A stretch of DNA of 64,000 nucleotides, from assembly GCA_047615875.1 (NCBI GenBank), contig JBLHGU010000005.1, forward strand, positions 3,432-67,431, written 5' to 3'. Below, piece after piece: positions 45,633-55,024 of this stretch (positions within the stretch are counted from its first letter, which is position 1; every line of letters starts with the position of its first letter). The translations under genes and the position numbers were made by a program. Below the pieces are notes generated by a model. The model worked only from the letters and a program-made list of their open reading frames with translations, was not told the origin of the DNA and did not search any database. This stretch comes from Parasphingorhabdus sp. Its GTDB lineage: Bacteria; Pseudomonadota; Gammaproteobacteria; Arenicellales; CAJQKF01.

Positions 45633-46317
45633 CTACATCTCCGCTTTGGCTATCTTCTTTATTATTATCCAGCTCGATTTCTGTCGGATTATCTTCGAGT
45701 CGTTGCATTGACTCGTCTGACACAAAATCTACAATCATGGGATGAATCTTGATCCAGATTTCACTACTTTCAAAATTCTCCTCCGCTTTATAGACAATAA
45801 TTCGAAGTTGTCTCAGCCGTAAAAACAAACGCCGACGATCCGTTATCTTGTCTGGTAATGAACGACCGAGCAGGTTCAACATGGCTATGCTCAAAGATTC
45901 CAGAGATTCTGCAGCACAGCCCGCTTCATCGATATTTCCTTCCCTGAGCGCTTTATCATATTGCATGCGCAGAACCAATAGTAAAGCCACCTCATGTTGG
46001 CTCAGCCGTTTTCTAAAGCTACCACTGAAAGACTGCTCTTCGGCATCTTCCATCCCGGGCACTCGACTGGCCGGCGGATAAACTCGCAAATAGTGAAAAC
46101 GTGTGTCATGGAAGATGCGCAGACCCAGTAATTCGAGGTATTCTTTTACCAGTACATCGGTGCGCACATAGCGATCATAAAGCTGTTGCTCAACCAGACT
46201 TTCATCGCGGGATAATATTCCATAGTTAACCAGGCGCACTACCAGCTCACGAAACTCTTCAACTGTGCCACCCTGGTCTTCGAGTTGTTGTTCAATAAAG
46301 TCATTCAATAAATTCAA
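45622..46317 (-). CDS. jetB: Wadjet subunit JetB (MksE-like, DUF4194-type)
   Basis: 231 aa acidic protein between the kleisin-like and SMC-like genes. It overlaps jetA by 4 nt and jetC by 11 nt. Size and position are as in jetABCD operons. Confidence 0.7.
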   Translation of the reverse strand: MNLLNDFIEQQLEDQGGTVEEFRELVVRLVNYGILSRDESLVEQQLYDRYVRTDVLVKEYLELLGLRIFHDTRFHYLRVYPPASRVPGMEDAEEQSFSGSFRKRLSQHEVALLLVLRMQYDKALREGNIDEAGCAAESLESLSIAMLNLLGRSLPDKITDRRRLFLRLRQLRIIVYKAEENFESSEIWIKIHPMIVDFVSDESMQRLEDNPTEIELDNNKEDSQSGDVDVS

Positions 46318-47744
46318 TTTCGTTCTACCAACTCGATCGTAAATTCGTCTAATTCTGCAAAATATTCTGTAACACTGCGTTGCCCGGTTGGTTCTACCCG
46401 AAAAATAAATTCACTGGAAGCAGAGTCACGAGCGGCAATTTCAATGGCATGGGCCTGACGCAACAACTCTCTGGCGTTTCTAACCGGCAAATTCTGTGAG
46501 TGTACTCGATGCCCCTTGCCTAGCGCTTCGACAATGTAATCACGCATTTCCTGATTATTAACTGCGAATGCGGTTTCCAGGGCCTGATTGATAAAAAATT
46601 CCCGGCGCGAGGCCTTATCTATAACGGTGTTTGTCTCGACTCGGTCGTTTACCTTAATAGCCTGCCTTCCCTGTAACAGACGCAAACTGTCCGTATCTGC
46701 CAGGCGAAAGTTCACCACAGCCATAGCGTCACCAGCAGCTTTGAGCTTGAGTTCTTGCTGCGCCAGATTCAGTTTCTTAAGGTCCGCGCAAATCCCCAAC
46801 AAGCGATTCTGATGGCTGCCGGTGTAACTCAACTGGCGAATAATGATATCGGCGCGACGAGTAAAACCGGCCAATGCAGAACGCAATGCTGGCAACATAA
46901 CACCGCTAGCACTTTGCATACGATATTCAATGCCGTCGAGAATTTTCATCAGCACCGAAGCCCCGAGTGCATCGATTAATTCCGGCGCGAGCTTGCGCAA
47001 ATCCCGTTCAGCATTGGCTTTAAACTCAGTCTTCTTGCGTCGAATACGGTCAAGCAACTGCTGGATGTCATCGCGATATTTCTCTACGCTATCCGCTGAA
47101 AGGCGAACTGCCAGGTCTGGTATGAATCGTTTCTCCATAAAGTCAAAAAACTCATCCGATGCGCGTTGCACCAGTTGTTGCGCTTCGATCTCCTGCACCA
47201 GTTGTCTCTTCTTTTCATCTAACTCAGCAATTACATCGCTGAAGTCACTGATTATTCGCTCCGAAAATTCATAGGCATCCAGTAGATCATAAGCATCGCC
47301 TTTCTCAACAAAGGATGCCAAAGCATTACGGGTATTGCGGGTATTTCTGTGTCGGGTTCTATAATGACCTTCCTGAGTTTCAACCATGGGCTGGGTAAAC
47401 AGGCGTCCGAATTTTGAAAAGGCATACACGCTACGCATGCTGGCATCATCGCGTAATATATCAATCCAGCCATATTCTAATAGTTGATTGAGCACCCAGT
47501 TGGCCTGTTCTCGATCATTCTTTACGGGGGGCTGATAATTGTCTTCGTCATCATCTAGTACTGGGGCTCTGGTAATCGCCTCCTGAAATACCTGCAATAC
47601 CTGCTCGCGGTCGTGTTGCTGGCTGTAGTTGGCCATACGACTGTATAACAACGCATAGAAAGCCTGCAGGCACTCGACAACCTGCTGCCGGTATTTACCG
47701 GTTAAGGGTCTGAAAAACTGACTTCGGTTTTCGGTAAATAACAT
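46314..47744 (-). CDS. jetA: Wadjet kleisin-like subunit JetA (MksF-like, DUF3375-type)
   Basis: 476 aa helical protein and first gene of the four-gene co-directional overlapping operon. The call rests mainly on operon context and size. Confidence 0.7.
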   Translation of the reverse strand: MLFTENRSQFFRPLTGKYRQQVVECLQAFYALLYSRMANYSQQHDREQVLQVFQEAITRAPVLDDDEDNYQPPVKNDREQANWVLNQLLEYGWIDILRDDASMRSVYAFSKFGRLFTQPMVETQEGHYRTRHRNTRNTRNALASFVEKGDAYDLLDAYEFSERIISDFSDVIAELDEKKRQLVQEIEAQQLVQRASDEFFDFMEKRFIPDLAVRLSADSVEKYRDDIQQLLDRIRRKKTEFKANAERDLRKLAPELIDALGASVLMKILDGIEYRMQSASGVMLPALRSALAGFTRRADIIIRQLSYTGSHQNRLLGICADLKKLNLAQQELKLKAAGDAMAVVNFRLADTDSLRLLQGRQAIKVNDRVETNTVIDKASRREFFINQALETAFAVNNQEMRDYIVEALGKGHRVHSQNLPVRNARELLRQAHAIEIAARDSASSEFIFRVEPTGQRSVTEYFAELDEFTIELVERN

Positions 47745-48116
47745 TGGTGTGACGTGAAATAAACAAGCATTCCTAGTGATCCAGGATTCGTATAGTTAGC
47801 ACCTGCTATTGTACGACTATCAGGGCAGACAAATCGTACCTTAGACACAATATTTTGAATCTAGTAAGCAGCTGATACTTTATCTACTCGTCGTTGTTAG
47901 GTATTCTTAATTTGGGGAGTCGATCAGGGTTCTAAAATATAAATTGTTGCTGGAAAAACACTCAACAACTAGCTCGGCGGACGAAACTCTGGTGAATAGT
48001 GCGCTTTAAAACCCGTTAATTGCCAGACCGCGCCATCGCCATGGCAATTCAGACCGAAAACCAAAATAATGCCGCCCGAGTATCAGAATCATTTTTAACC
48101 ATTTCAGAGTCCATTC

Positions 48117-48980
48117 ATGAATCCACTATTTAGAGGTCGTCTGCTTGCGCTTTGTGCGCCAATATTCTGGAGCGTGACCGGTATTGTGGTGCGATTACTT
48201 GAAAATGCCGACTCCTGGCAGGTTAATGTTTATCGAAGCGGCTCTCTTGCATTGTTTGTTTTTGGCTATTTATTTTTTCGCTATCGCCTGGGTTTGTTTC
48301 GCTATTTTTTGGTTTGGGGCCTGAAGCCGATTCTGGGTGGGCTATGCGTCGGTCTAGCCATGTTCTGTAACATTGTTGCCATAGAACACACCACCGTGGC
48401 CAACGCTACTTTAATGATGGCGGCAGGACCCATTGTTGCTGCCATTGCGGGTTCATGGTTTCTGCAGGAGCACGTAAGCGGCCTGACCTGGCTTGCTATA
48501 GGTATAGCCATTGTCGGGATTGCCATCATGGTAGGTGGTAACCCTCTCGAGGGAGGAGTATACGGAGACTTGATTGCATTAGTCGGTATGCTAGGATTTG
48601 GTGCCTATGCAGTTGTGCTCAGAACCGGCAAACATATGGATATGACCTCCGCAGTATTCTACGCAGGGATATTCTCCGCCACTGCAGCGGGTCTGGTTGC
48701 TACCCTGTTTGGCGCGGGTCTTGTGATTTCGCTTAACGATGCCTTGTGGTGTATTTTTTTGGGTATTGTGCAACTAGGGCTTGGCAGTATTCTGTTTGCC
48801 ATAGCCTCGTCAGTAGTGCCAGCTGTGGAACTTACTTTGTTTGCTCTGGGCGAACCCATTCTGGCACCGATCTGGGTCTGGGTCGGTGTAGGCGAAATTC
48901 CTGCTACCAGCACATTTATCGGCGGTGGAACTTTAATGATGGCTTTGTTGGTGCATTTATTTCAGCCAACACGATCCTGA
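48117..48980 (+). CDS. EamA/DMT-family transporter
   Basis: 287 aa with ten hydrophobic helices arranged as two EamA-like halves. Confidence 0.8.
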   Translation: MNPLFRGRLLALCAPIFWSVTGIVVRLLENADSWQVNVYRSGSLALFVFGYLFFRYRLGLFRYFLVWGLKPILGGLCVGLAMFCNIVAIEHTTVANATLMMAAGPIVAAIAGSWFLQEHVSGLTWLAIGIAIVGIAIMVGGNPLEGGVYGDLIALVGMLGFGAYAVVLRTGKHMDMTSAVFYAGIFSATAAGLVATLFGAGLVISLNDALWCIFLGIVQLGLGSILFAIASSVVPAVELTLFALGEPILAPIWVWVGVGEIPATSTFIGGGTLMMALLVHLFQPTRS

Positions 48981-49155
48981 TCAAACGCCTAGCGGGCAGA
49001 AGATCTATCAGGAGATTAACCACTCAAGTGATTTCCTGAGTTTGAGTAATGACAATACTATCGGTGGCAGTTTTTATGGGACTCACAACTACCAGCAATT
49101 CGTAATAAAGACAGCTTGCCAGCAAGAGCCAAATTGAGCCTGCTCCTTCAAACTA

Positions 49156-49193
49156 GAAAAATCAGTTGCATCGCGAAAGTATGCACAACTGAT
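49156..49193 (-). terminator. Candidate rho-independent terminator downstream of the mechanosensitive channel gene
   Basis: On the minus strand the stem atcagttg/caactgat (49161-49168 and 49186-49193) is followed by a T-run (the plus-strand A-run at 49157-49161). The loop is long (17 nt), so confidence is moderate. Confidence 0.45.
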
Positions 49194-49242
49194 CTTTCAA
49201 GGATTATCTGTGAATTTACCTACATAGCATTACTGGCAGTCT

Positions 49243-51471
49243 TTAGGTTGAGCCAATTTCGCCGCGAATATCTTTTTCCTTCTGAATGTGCAGCACTCTC
49301 TGTGGGAAAGGTATCTCAATGTCCAGCTCGCGAAAGCGATTGTCAATAGAAAACAGCAAATCACTTTTAACGGACAACATATAATCTGCCTGACGAATGA
49401 AACAGCGTAATTCGAAATCCAGTGAACTGGCCCCAAAGCCCATAAACATGACTATAGGAGGAGGAACTCTGAAGTCGTTTGCCATTACCATTGTGTGATC
49501 TTTCGCAATCTCGATCAAAGTGTTTTTAATGAGTTGCGTATCACTGCCATAGGCCACTCCTACAGGAACAATAATCCGACCAAATTTATCCTGCAGCGTC
49601 CAGTTTTTAACATGGTTGGACAACAATTCTGAATTCGGCACCAACACGTCAGCTCGATCGAAGGTTTGAATTAACGTTGAACGAATGCTAATTTTCTTCA
49701 CATAGCCTTCTGTAGAACCAACGACTACCCAGTCACCTGGCCGAATCGGTCGTTCGAATAAAAGAATTAGCCCGGAAACGAAATTATTAACGATGTTCTG
49801 TAAGCCGAAACCAATACCAACCGATAATGCACCGGCTAAAATAGCAAAATTCTGCAGCTCTATGCCTGCAACTGAAAGCGCAACAATAAAAGCAATTGCT
49901 ATCAATATGTATCCTGTAATCGATAGAATCGCATGCTGTGCGCCAACATCCAGTTTAGTTTGCGAGAGCCAACGATCGGCGACTTCTTTTCTTATCCAGC
50001 GCATGATGATCAGCACCAGAATAAAGCCAACAATAGACAATGCCACATTTATTGGGACAATTATCAGGGTACCGACGGAAAACCCTTCGCCAACAACAGA
50101 AAGTATTCCAGTTAACTCTGAGGGTGCTATTCTCCAGGCCGTTAACATCAGAATTATCATTCCGATTAAGCCTACAGCGATAAAGATCAAGTAAGCCGTT
50201 TGTAATCCTGCAACTTTTTCACCTCGATTAAACCCAAGTTGCAGACGTAAACCATCGGCGCTAGCGTCGTCCTCCTTATTTAGTGCCACAAATAATAGTT
50301 GCATTGGACGGAAGAGCAAAGCACCAACAATTATTGTTGCGACGGTGCCATGCACGCCATAGAGCAGCAGTTCCCCCATATCAAAAAAGCCCACTGCATA
50401 CAGAATTGGGCCGAATACTAACGCCAGAGAAAGCATGATCATCGACACACCTGCAGACCTGCCTTGAAACAGCTTAAGGGATACCAAGCATGTAAGCACG
50501 CTGACGGTACCCAAAGACAGATAGGCAACACTTCTCAACACTACCCAACTTGTGCTAGTAAGTATCGCTGTATCCAGCTGCCTATCTAGCACAAGTACGA
50601 CCAGGGCCAGACCCAGAAAATAAGTTACTCCACTGGATACTTTTGAATCTGTCGTCCACAAATCAACCAACGAGCGGATAATTGGCCCAACCAGCAAAAT
50701 AGCAGCTAGCGCGGAAATGACTATTCCTAACGACGTGATATCAGAGATCAGCACTATAATGGACAACCCAAGTAGCGCCGCACAGGGAACTAATGTTCGC
50801 AAGTATCTATCTACTAACAGCTTAATTTTCGGCGATCGATTCGCTGCATCACTCCAGGTTTGTACCTGACGAGTCACAAAATATATTAGTGGATATACGA
50901 AAAAGAAGAAAATAAAACCTGAGATGATGGCAGGAAGGCTTTTTGTCCACTGTATCCATCTAGCAGGTACATCAATGAGCTGTTTACCAAACGTGTCTAG
51001 ATGCTCCCAGACCGGCTTATCCCTATGGGTTAATGCCCGTTTAGTCGCTGCTGATCTAAGTTCTTTGAGATTTTCAATAATCTCTTCCACATTGAGTTCT
51101 AGCAACCGACAAAGAGCTAATTGCCCCTCGACTGTTTTCCTGGTTTCCAACAGAGCTGATTTGAGTTGACTGACAATCCCAGTTTCCTCAGCAGATTCTC
51201 CAAGTGCTTTTAGTTTCTTCTCTACTGCAACCATGGAACCCATCGCATCGGTCTGACAGGTTTTTATCGCATTCAGTTCGCTTGTGATCTCGATTTGACG
51301 TCTTGTAAGCCGCTCTTGATGAGGCGGAAAAACCTGCCATATCAAGAGTTCCGAACGCCAGTCGGCCAGTTGACTTTCAAAATCCACCCACCTATCAGAT
51401 TGCTGGCTAAAGCTAGTCGATGAAACCGTCGCGCAAACAATTAACATCATAAAGATTGCAACGGATTTCAC
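49243..51471 (-). CDS. Large MscS-family mechanosensitive channel (MscK/KefA-like)
   Basis: 742 aa. It has a signal peptide, a periplasmic coiled-coil region and multiple TM helices. The C-terminal MscS core is ERPIRPGDWVVVGSTEGYVKKISIRSTLIQTFDRADVLVPNSELL. Confidence 0.85.
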   Translation of the reverse strand: MKSVAIFMMLIVCATVSSTSFSQQSDRWVDFESQLADWRSELLIWQVFPPHQERLTRRQIEITSELNAIKTCQTDAMGSMVAVEKKLKALGESAEETGIVSQLKSALLETRKTVEGQLALCRLLELNVEEIIENLKELRSAATKRALTHRDKPVWEHLDTFGKQLIDVPARWIQWTKSLPAIISGFIFFFFVYPLIYFVTRQVQTWSDAANRSPKIKLLVDRYLRTLVPCAALLGLSIIVLISDITSLGIVISALAAILLVGPIIRSLVDLWTTDSKVSSGVTYFLGLALVVLVLDRQLDTAILTSTSWVVLRSVAYLSLGTVSVLTCLVSLKLFQGRSAGVSMIMLSLALVFGPILYAVGFFDMGELLLYGVHGTVATIIVGALLFRPMQLLFVALNKEDDASADGLRLQLGFNRGEKVAGLQTAYLIFIAVGLIGMIILMLTAWRIAPSELTGILSVVGEGFSVGTLIIVPINVALSIVGFILVLIIMRWIRKEVADRWLSQTKLDVGAQHAILSITGYILIAIAFIVALSVAGIELQNFAILAGALSVGIGFGLQNIVNNFVSGLILLFERPIRPGDWVVVGSTEGYVKKISIRSTLIQTFDRADVLVPNSELLSNHVKNWTLQDKFGRIIVPVGVAYGSDTQLIKNTLIEIAKDHTMVMANDFRVPPPIVMFMGFGASSLDFELRCFIRQADYMLSVKSDLLFSIDNRFRELDIEIPFPQRVLHIQKEKDIRGEIGST

Positions 51472-51669
51472 AGTAATGAATCTTCCCTTCTATATTTGTT
51501 GTAAACAACCTTATTCTATACTCAAATACAGAGACAGTTTGATTTATGCAACAAAGATCGCCATGGGCATGCAGTTAGTTCAAATTCGCAAATAAATTTA
51601 TTTCTCGCCAGTCGATCAGCTAATTAACCGGACCAGGCTTGTGAATATTTTTGCCAGCTTTCATTCAGC

Positions 51670-53040
51670 TTATTGGACCAGTAATGGCATAAAAATAGTC
51701 GCAAGACTCAACACCAGAAAGAAACCCGCCATATCTGTAATAGTAGTTAAAAGTGGTCCGCTAGCAACTGCTGGGTCTTGCCCGACTCGTTTTAAGAGAA
51801 GAGGAACGACACCTCCAATGGAAACCGCAACTAGCGTATTGATTGCCAAAGCTAAGCCAATGACAACGCCTAGCCACGGATTGCCCTTCCACAGCCAGGT
51901 TACAATTCCTATTAGCAAACCCAACACAATGCCATTGATCAAACCCACCGATACCTCCTTACTCCACACTCTGAATGCGTCTATGGGGCGAACTAATCCC
52001 AATGACAATTCTCTCATTGTGACGCCTACCGCCTGATTTCCCGAACAACCAGACATGTCAGAAACCATTGGCAGAAAGATGGCGATGGCAATTACCGCAG
52101 TGAGTATATCTTCATAGGCTGCGATGACGCTTGCAGCTATGATGTTAAGTCCAATATTGGCCGAGAGCCACATTAGACGGCGCCTGGAACGAATACTCAC
52201 TGGCATGGAGCGTAACTCATCTCCGAAAACGCCTTGACGATGCATACTCTCACTATTCACTCGATCTGCTAACGCTTCTGCAACGGCAGTGCGGGACAGT
52301 ACCCCTGCCAATTGGCCGTCTAACTCAACAACGGGCAATCCCAGAAATGGGTGCTTATCAAATATATCTTCGACTACATCCAATGACGCATCGGTAGTTA
52401 CGGTCAATGGTTGCGTCATTATGCTGCTTAACTTTTGTGATTTACTAGCAGTTAACATACTGCGCAGTGAAACAACACCTACTGGACAACCATCTTTATC
52501 AAGAATGTAGGGATGTTGTCCTCGATACCGTTCGAAGTTCTCATCTTCTGAAGCCAGGCGAGAAAGCACCATACCTACTGTAGAATCCCTATGAAAGGTG
52601 AACGCATCCGCACTCATCAGGCCGCCCGCTGTGTTGTCCTCGTACTCGATAAGCCTCCTTACATCTGCGGCCTCCGTCGCTGGCATTTCTGTCAGAATAA
52701 TTTCAGCCTGGGCTTGATCCATATCACCGATCACGTCAGCTTGGATGTTAGATTGAAGCTCATCAATGACATCAACACACCGCTCGGCAGTCATATGCTC
52801 GACCAGCACAGCCGCCATTTCACGAGGCGATTCCTCAACTAGTTCAGCTGCCAACTGGACCGGCATCAAATTAAATGCAGCATCTCTTTGGGCGACACTC
52901 AAGTTCAGCACTTCGCGCAATGCTTCTGAACGTGGTAATTGATCCAGTAAGTCGGAAATTACACTACCGTCGCAATTTTCGATCGCCTCAGCTAATAAGA
53001 TGGCTGTCTCGTGGTCTTTGTTTTCTTCTGGGACTTGCAT
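51670..53040 (-). CDS. mgtE: Magnesium transporter MgtE
   Basis: 456 aa. It has an N-terminal MgtE_N helical domain, a tandem CBS pair and a C-terminal five-TM domain with the DMSGCSGNQ and PLLTTITDMAG motifs. Confidence 0.9.
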   Translation of the reverse strand: MQVPEENKDHETAILLAEAIENCDGSVISDLLDQLPRSEALREVLNLSVAQRDAAFNLMPVQLAAELVEESPREMAAVLVEHMTAERCVDVIDELQSNIQADVIGDMDQAQAEIILTEMPATEAADVRRLIEYEDNTAGGLMSADAFTFHRDSTVGMVLSRLASEDENFERYRGQHPYILDKDGCPVGVVSLRSMLTASKSQKLSSIMTQPLTVTTDASLDVVEDIFDKHPFLGLPVVELDGQLAGVLSRTAVAEALADRVNSESMHRQGVFGDELRSMPVSIRSRRRLMWLSANIGLNIIAASVIAAYEDILTAVIAIAIFLPMVSDMSGCSGNQAVGVTMRELSLGLVRPIDAFRVWSKEVSVGLINGIVLGLLIGIVTWLWKGNPWLGVVIGLALAINTLVAVSIGGVVPLLLKRVGQDPAVASGPLLTTITDMAGFFLVLSLATIFMPLLVQ

Positions 53041-53253
53041 GGTATATGCCTTACAAAAAGTTATGTTTAGTCTGATATTTAGTTACTAAGGTAGCAGCTC
53101 AACAAAACAAATAACTGAAAGCAATTAAGCTTCATATCATTTTGTGTCGAGGTATCAATATTGAGGATTATTCAACTCAATACATTTTGGCTATCGGCGA
53201 AAAAAGTAACGACTTAGAATATACTAAAACCGAAATACAATTAGGAGTCTGCA

Positions 53254-54489
53254 TTGAAATTAGCAATTCTATCCCGAGGCTTACGTTCCTATAGTACACA
53301 GCGTCTTAAAGAAGCGGCGCTACAGCGTGGGCACAATGTAAAAGTTTTAGATCATCTAAAATTTGCAATCGATCTGCAGCAAGGAATTCCAGACCTTTAC
53401 TACAGACAGAAAATCTTGAGCACATATGACGCGGTGTTGCCCCGTATAGGTGCTTCTGTAACCTACTACGGAACAGCCGTTGTAAGGCAATTTCAGGAGA
53501 TGGATGTGTTTTGTGCAAACACAGCTCACGGCATCATCAATTCTCGAGATAAGCTGCGCAGTTTACAGATTCTTAGCCGACATCACATAGGCATCCCACG
53601 AACCACCTTTGTAAACGACAAAAAAGACGTTCTACCAGCGATCGAACGAGTCGGAGGAGCACCGGTGGTAATTAAGTTAATCCAGGGAACCCAGGGAATA
53701 GGTGTGCTCCTGGCTGATACTGTTAGTTCAGCAGCATCAATTATTGAGTTATTGCAAAGTCAAAAACAAAACATTCTCATTCAGAAATTCGTTGCGGAAA
53801 GTAAAGGTAAAGACGTTCGAGCATTTGTAGTTGGAGACAGAGTTGTCGCCGCTATGCGGCGGGTTGCTCAGGGACAGGAATTTAGAAGTAACGTGCACAG
53901 AGGTGGCGTTGCCGAAGCAGTTGAGCTGGATGATATATACAAAGAGACTGCGGTACGAGCTACCCAAATTCTGGGCTTAAGAGTTGCCGGTGTAGATATG
54001 TTGGAGGGAGCCAAGGGCCCGCAAGTTATGGAAGTAAATTCGTCGCCCGGACTAGAAGGAATTGAAAACTGCACAGAGTTAGATGTTGCCGGGGCAATAA
54101 TTGACTACATCTCTGCCCAGGTAGATTTTCCAGAAATTGATATACGCCAGCGTCTGACAGTAAGCAAAGGATATGGCGTAAGCGAAATCTATATTCCGGA
54201 AGGATCGAAGTATGAAGGCATGATGATCAAAGAGGCTATGTCGACCAAGGAAGATATCAACGTACTGACACTATACAGAGGCAATAAGGTTATACCGAAT
54301 CCTCGAAGTGATCGGGTATTAGTGTCTGATGACAAACTATTGTGCTTTGGGAAATTAGAGTCGATGCGCGATATGATACCGCAGAAAACCAGAAGACGAA
54401 GGCGTCCAGTCATTCAAGAATTAGATACAGAAGTAGCCGGATCTGAGCTAAGGAGTGAACTCTCAGAAAGCGACATTGATTCCGATTGA
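53254..54489 (+). CDS. rimK: RimK-family ATP-grasp alpha-L-glutamate ligase fused to a C-terminal RCK_C (TrkA-C)-like domain and an acidic tail
   Basis: Residues 1 to about 290 match the RimK pattern (MKLAILSR...RIGAS.T.YG..V.RQFE, DKLRSLQ, PVVIKL.QGTQG.GV, EVNSSPGLEGIE). Residues around 310-385 (VSEIYIPEGSKYEGMMIKE...VLTLYRG...VLVSDDKLLCFG) look like RCK_C. TTG start after aggag. Confidence 0.8.
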   Translation: MKLAILSRGLRSYSTQRLKEAALQRGHNVKVLDHLKFAIDLQQGIPDLYYRQKILSTYDAVLPRIGASVTYYGTAVVRQFQEMDVFCANTAHGIINSRDKLRSLQILSRHHIGIPRTTFVNDKKDVLPAIERVGGAPVVIKLIQGTQGIGVLLADTVSSAASIIELLQSQKQNILIQKFVAESKGKDVRAFVVGDRVVAAMRRVAQGQEFRSNVHRGGVAEAVELDDIYKETAVRATQILGLRVAGVDMLEGAKGPQVMEVNSSPGLEGIENCTELDVAGAIIDYISAQVDFPEIDIRQRLTVSKGYGVSEIYIPEGSKYEGMMIKEAMSTKEDINVLTLYRGNKVIPNPRSDRVLVSDDKLLCFGKLESMRDMIPQKTRRRRRPVIQELDTEVAGSELRSELSESDIDSD

Positions 54490-54762
54490 GCCTGGAAAGG
54501 AAGACCCTTGCCGGAGACTCATTCGAAATTCAGCTAACTACACATGGATCAATGGTACACCTCCATCGGAAATGACAAGTTGGCTGATTGACAAGTTCAG
54601 AATTTATGTACCAATTTGAATTTTAGGCATTTGGGACTTTCGTTTGTTAATCTTTAGATTGTCTCTGCGGAAGCTCCATTAGGGAAAGTATCCCCACCTA
54701 ATGGAAAAAACGATTTTGTGGATTTCAGTTGATATGTACTCCATCTGGAGCACTATGAACAG

Positions 54763-55024
54763 ATGAATACTCGAATACAAGCCCGAATTGATGAAGATCT
54801 AAAAGCCCAAGATGAGCAAATCCTTGAGGAAATCGGCTTAACAACGACTGATTTAATTCGGATGACCTTCCGCTAACTTGTTATGCAGAAAGGACTTCCC
54901 TTCGAGGCGAAAATTCCGAATGCCGAAACCATCACCACCTTTGATGAAGCAAAAGATCCAAAAAAACCTGACCACCTACCCAGACTTAAGAACCGCAATG
55001 AAAGATATGTGGGGAAACGATTAA
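54763..55024 (+). pseudogene. RelB/DinJ-family antitoxin, disrupted (in-frame TAA plus frameshift)
   Basis: MNTRIQARIDEDLKAQDEQILEEIGLTTTDLIRMTFR is followed by TAA at 54874-54876. The same frame then continues LVMQKGLPFEAKIPNAETITTFDEAKD. The expected C-terminus (NLTTYPDLRTAMKDMWGND, stop 55022-55024) is only reached in the +1 frame after the A-run at about 54958-54966. Confidence 0.6.

Noticed and set aside
46843-47274. 143-aa plus-strand ORF antisense to jetA. The same class includes long antisense ORFs such as 10939-11412, 19000-19428, 23113-23601, 35980-36339, 49793-50194, 51641-52036, 56315-56683 and 60396-60752.
   Set aside because: All lie fully inside strongly supported genes on the opposite strand. 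They have low-complexity Ser/Arg/Pro/Ala-rich translations typical of shadow frames and lack RBS or domain signatures.
53041-53253. Possible M-box or other Mg2+-responsive leader upstream of mgtE.
   Set aside because: I could not find the conserved M-box helices or a terminator/antiterminator arrangement. The region looks like an ordinary AT-rich divergent promoter region.
54676-54704. Hairpin ccattagg-N13-cctaatgg, considered as a terminator after the RimK gene.
   Set aside because: It is followed by an A-run rather than a T-run on the plus strand, and on the minus strand the T-run precedes the stem. So it does not fit an intrinsic terminator in either direction.
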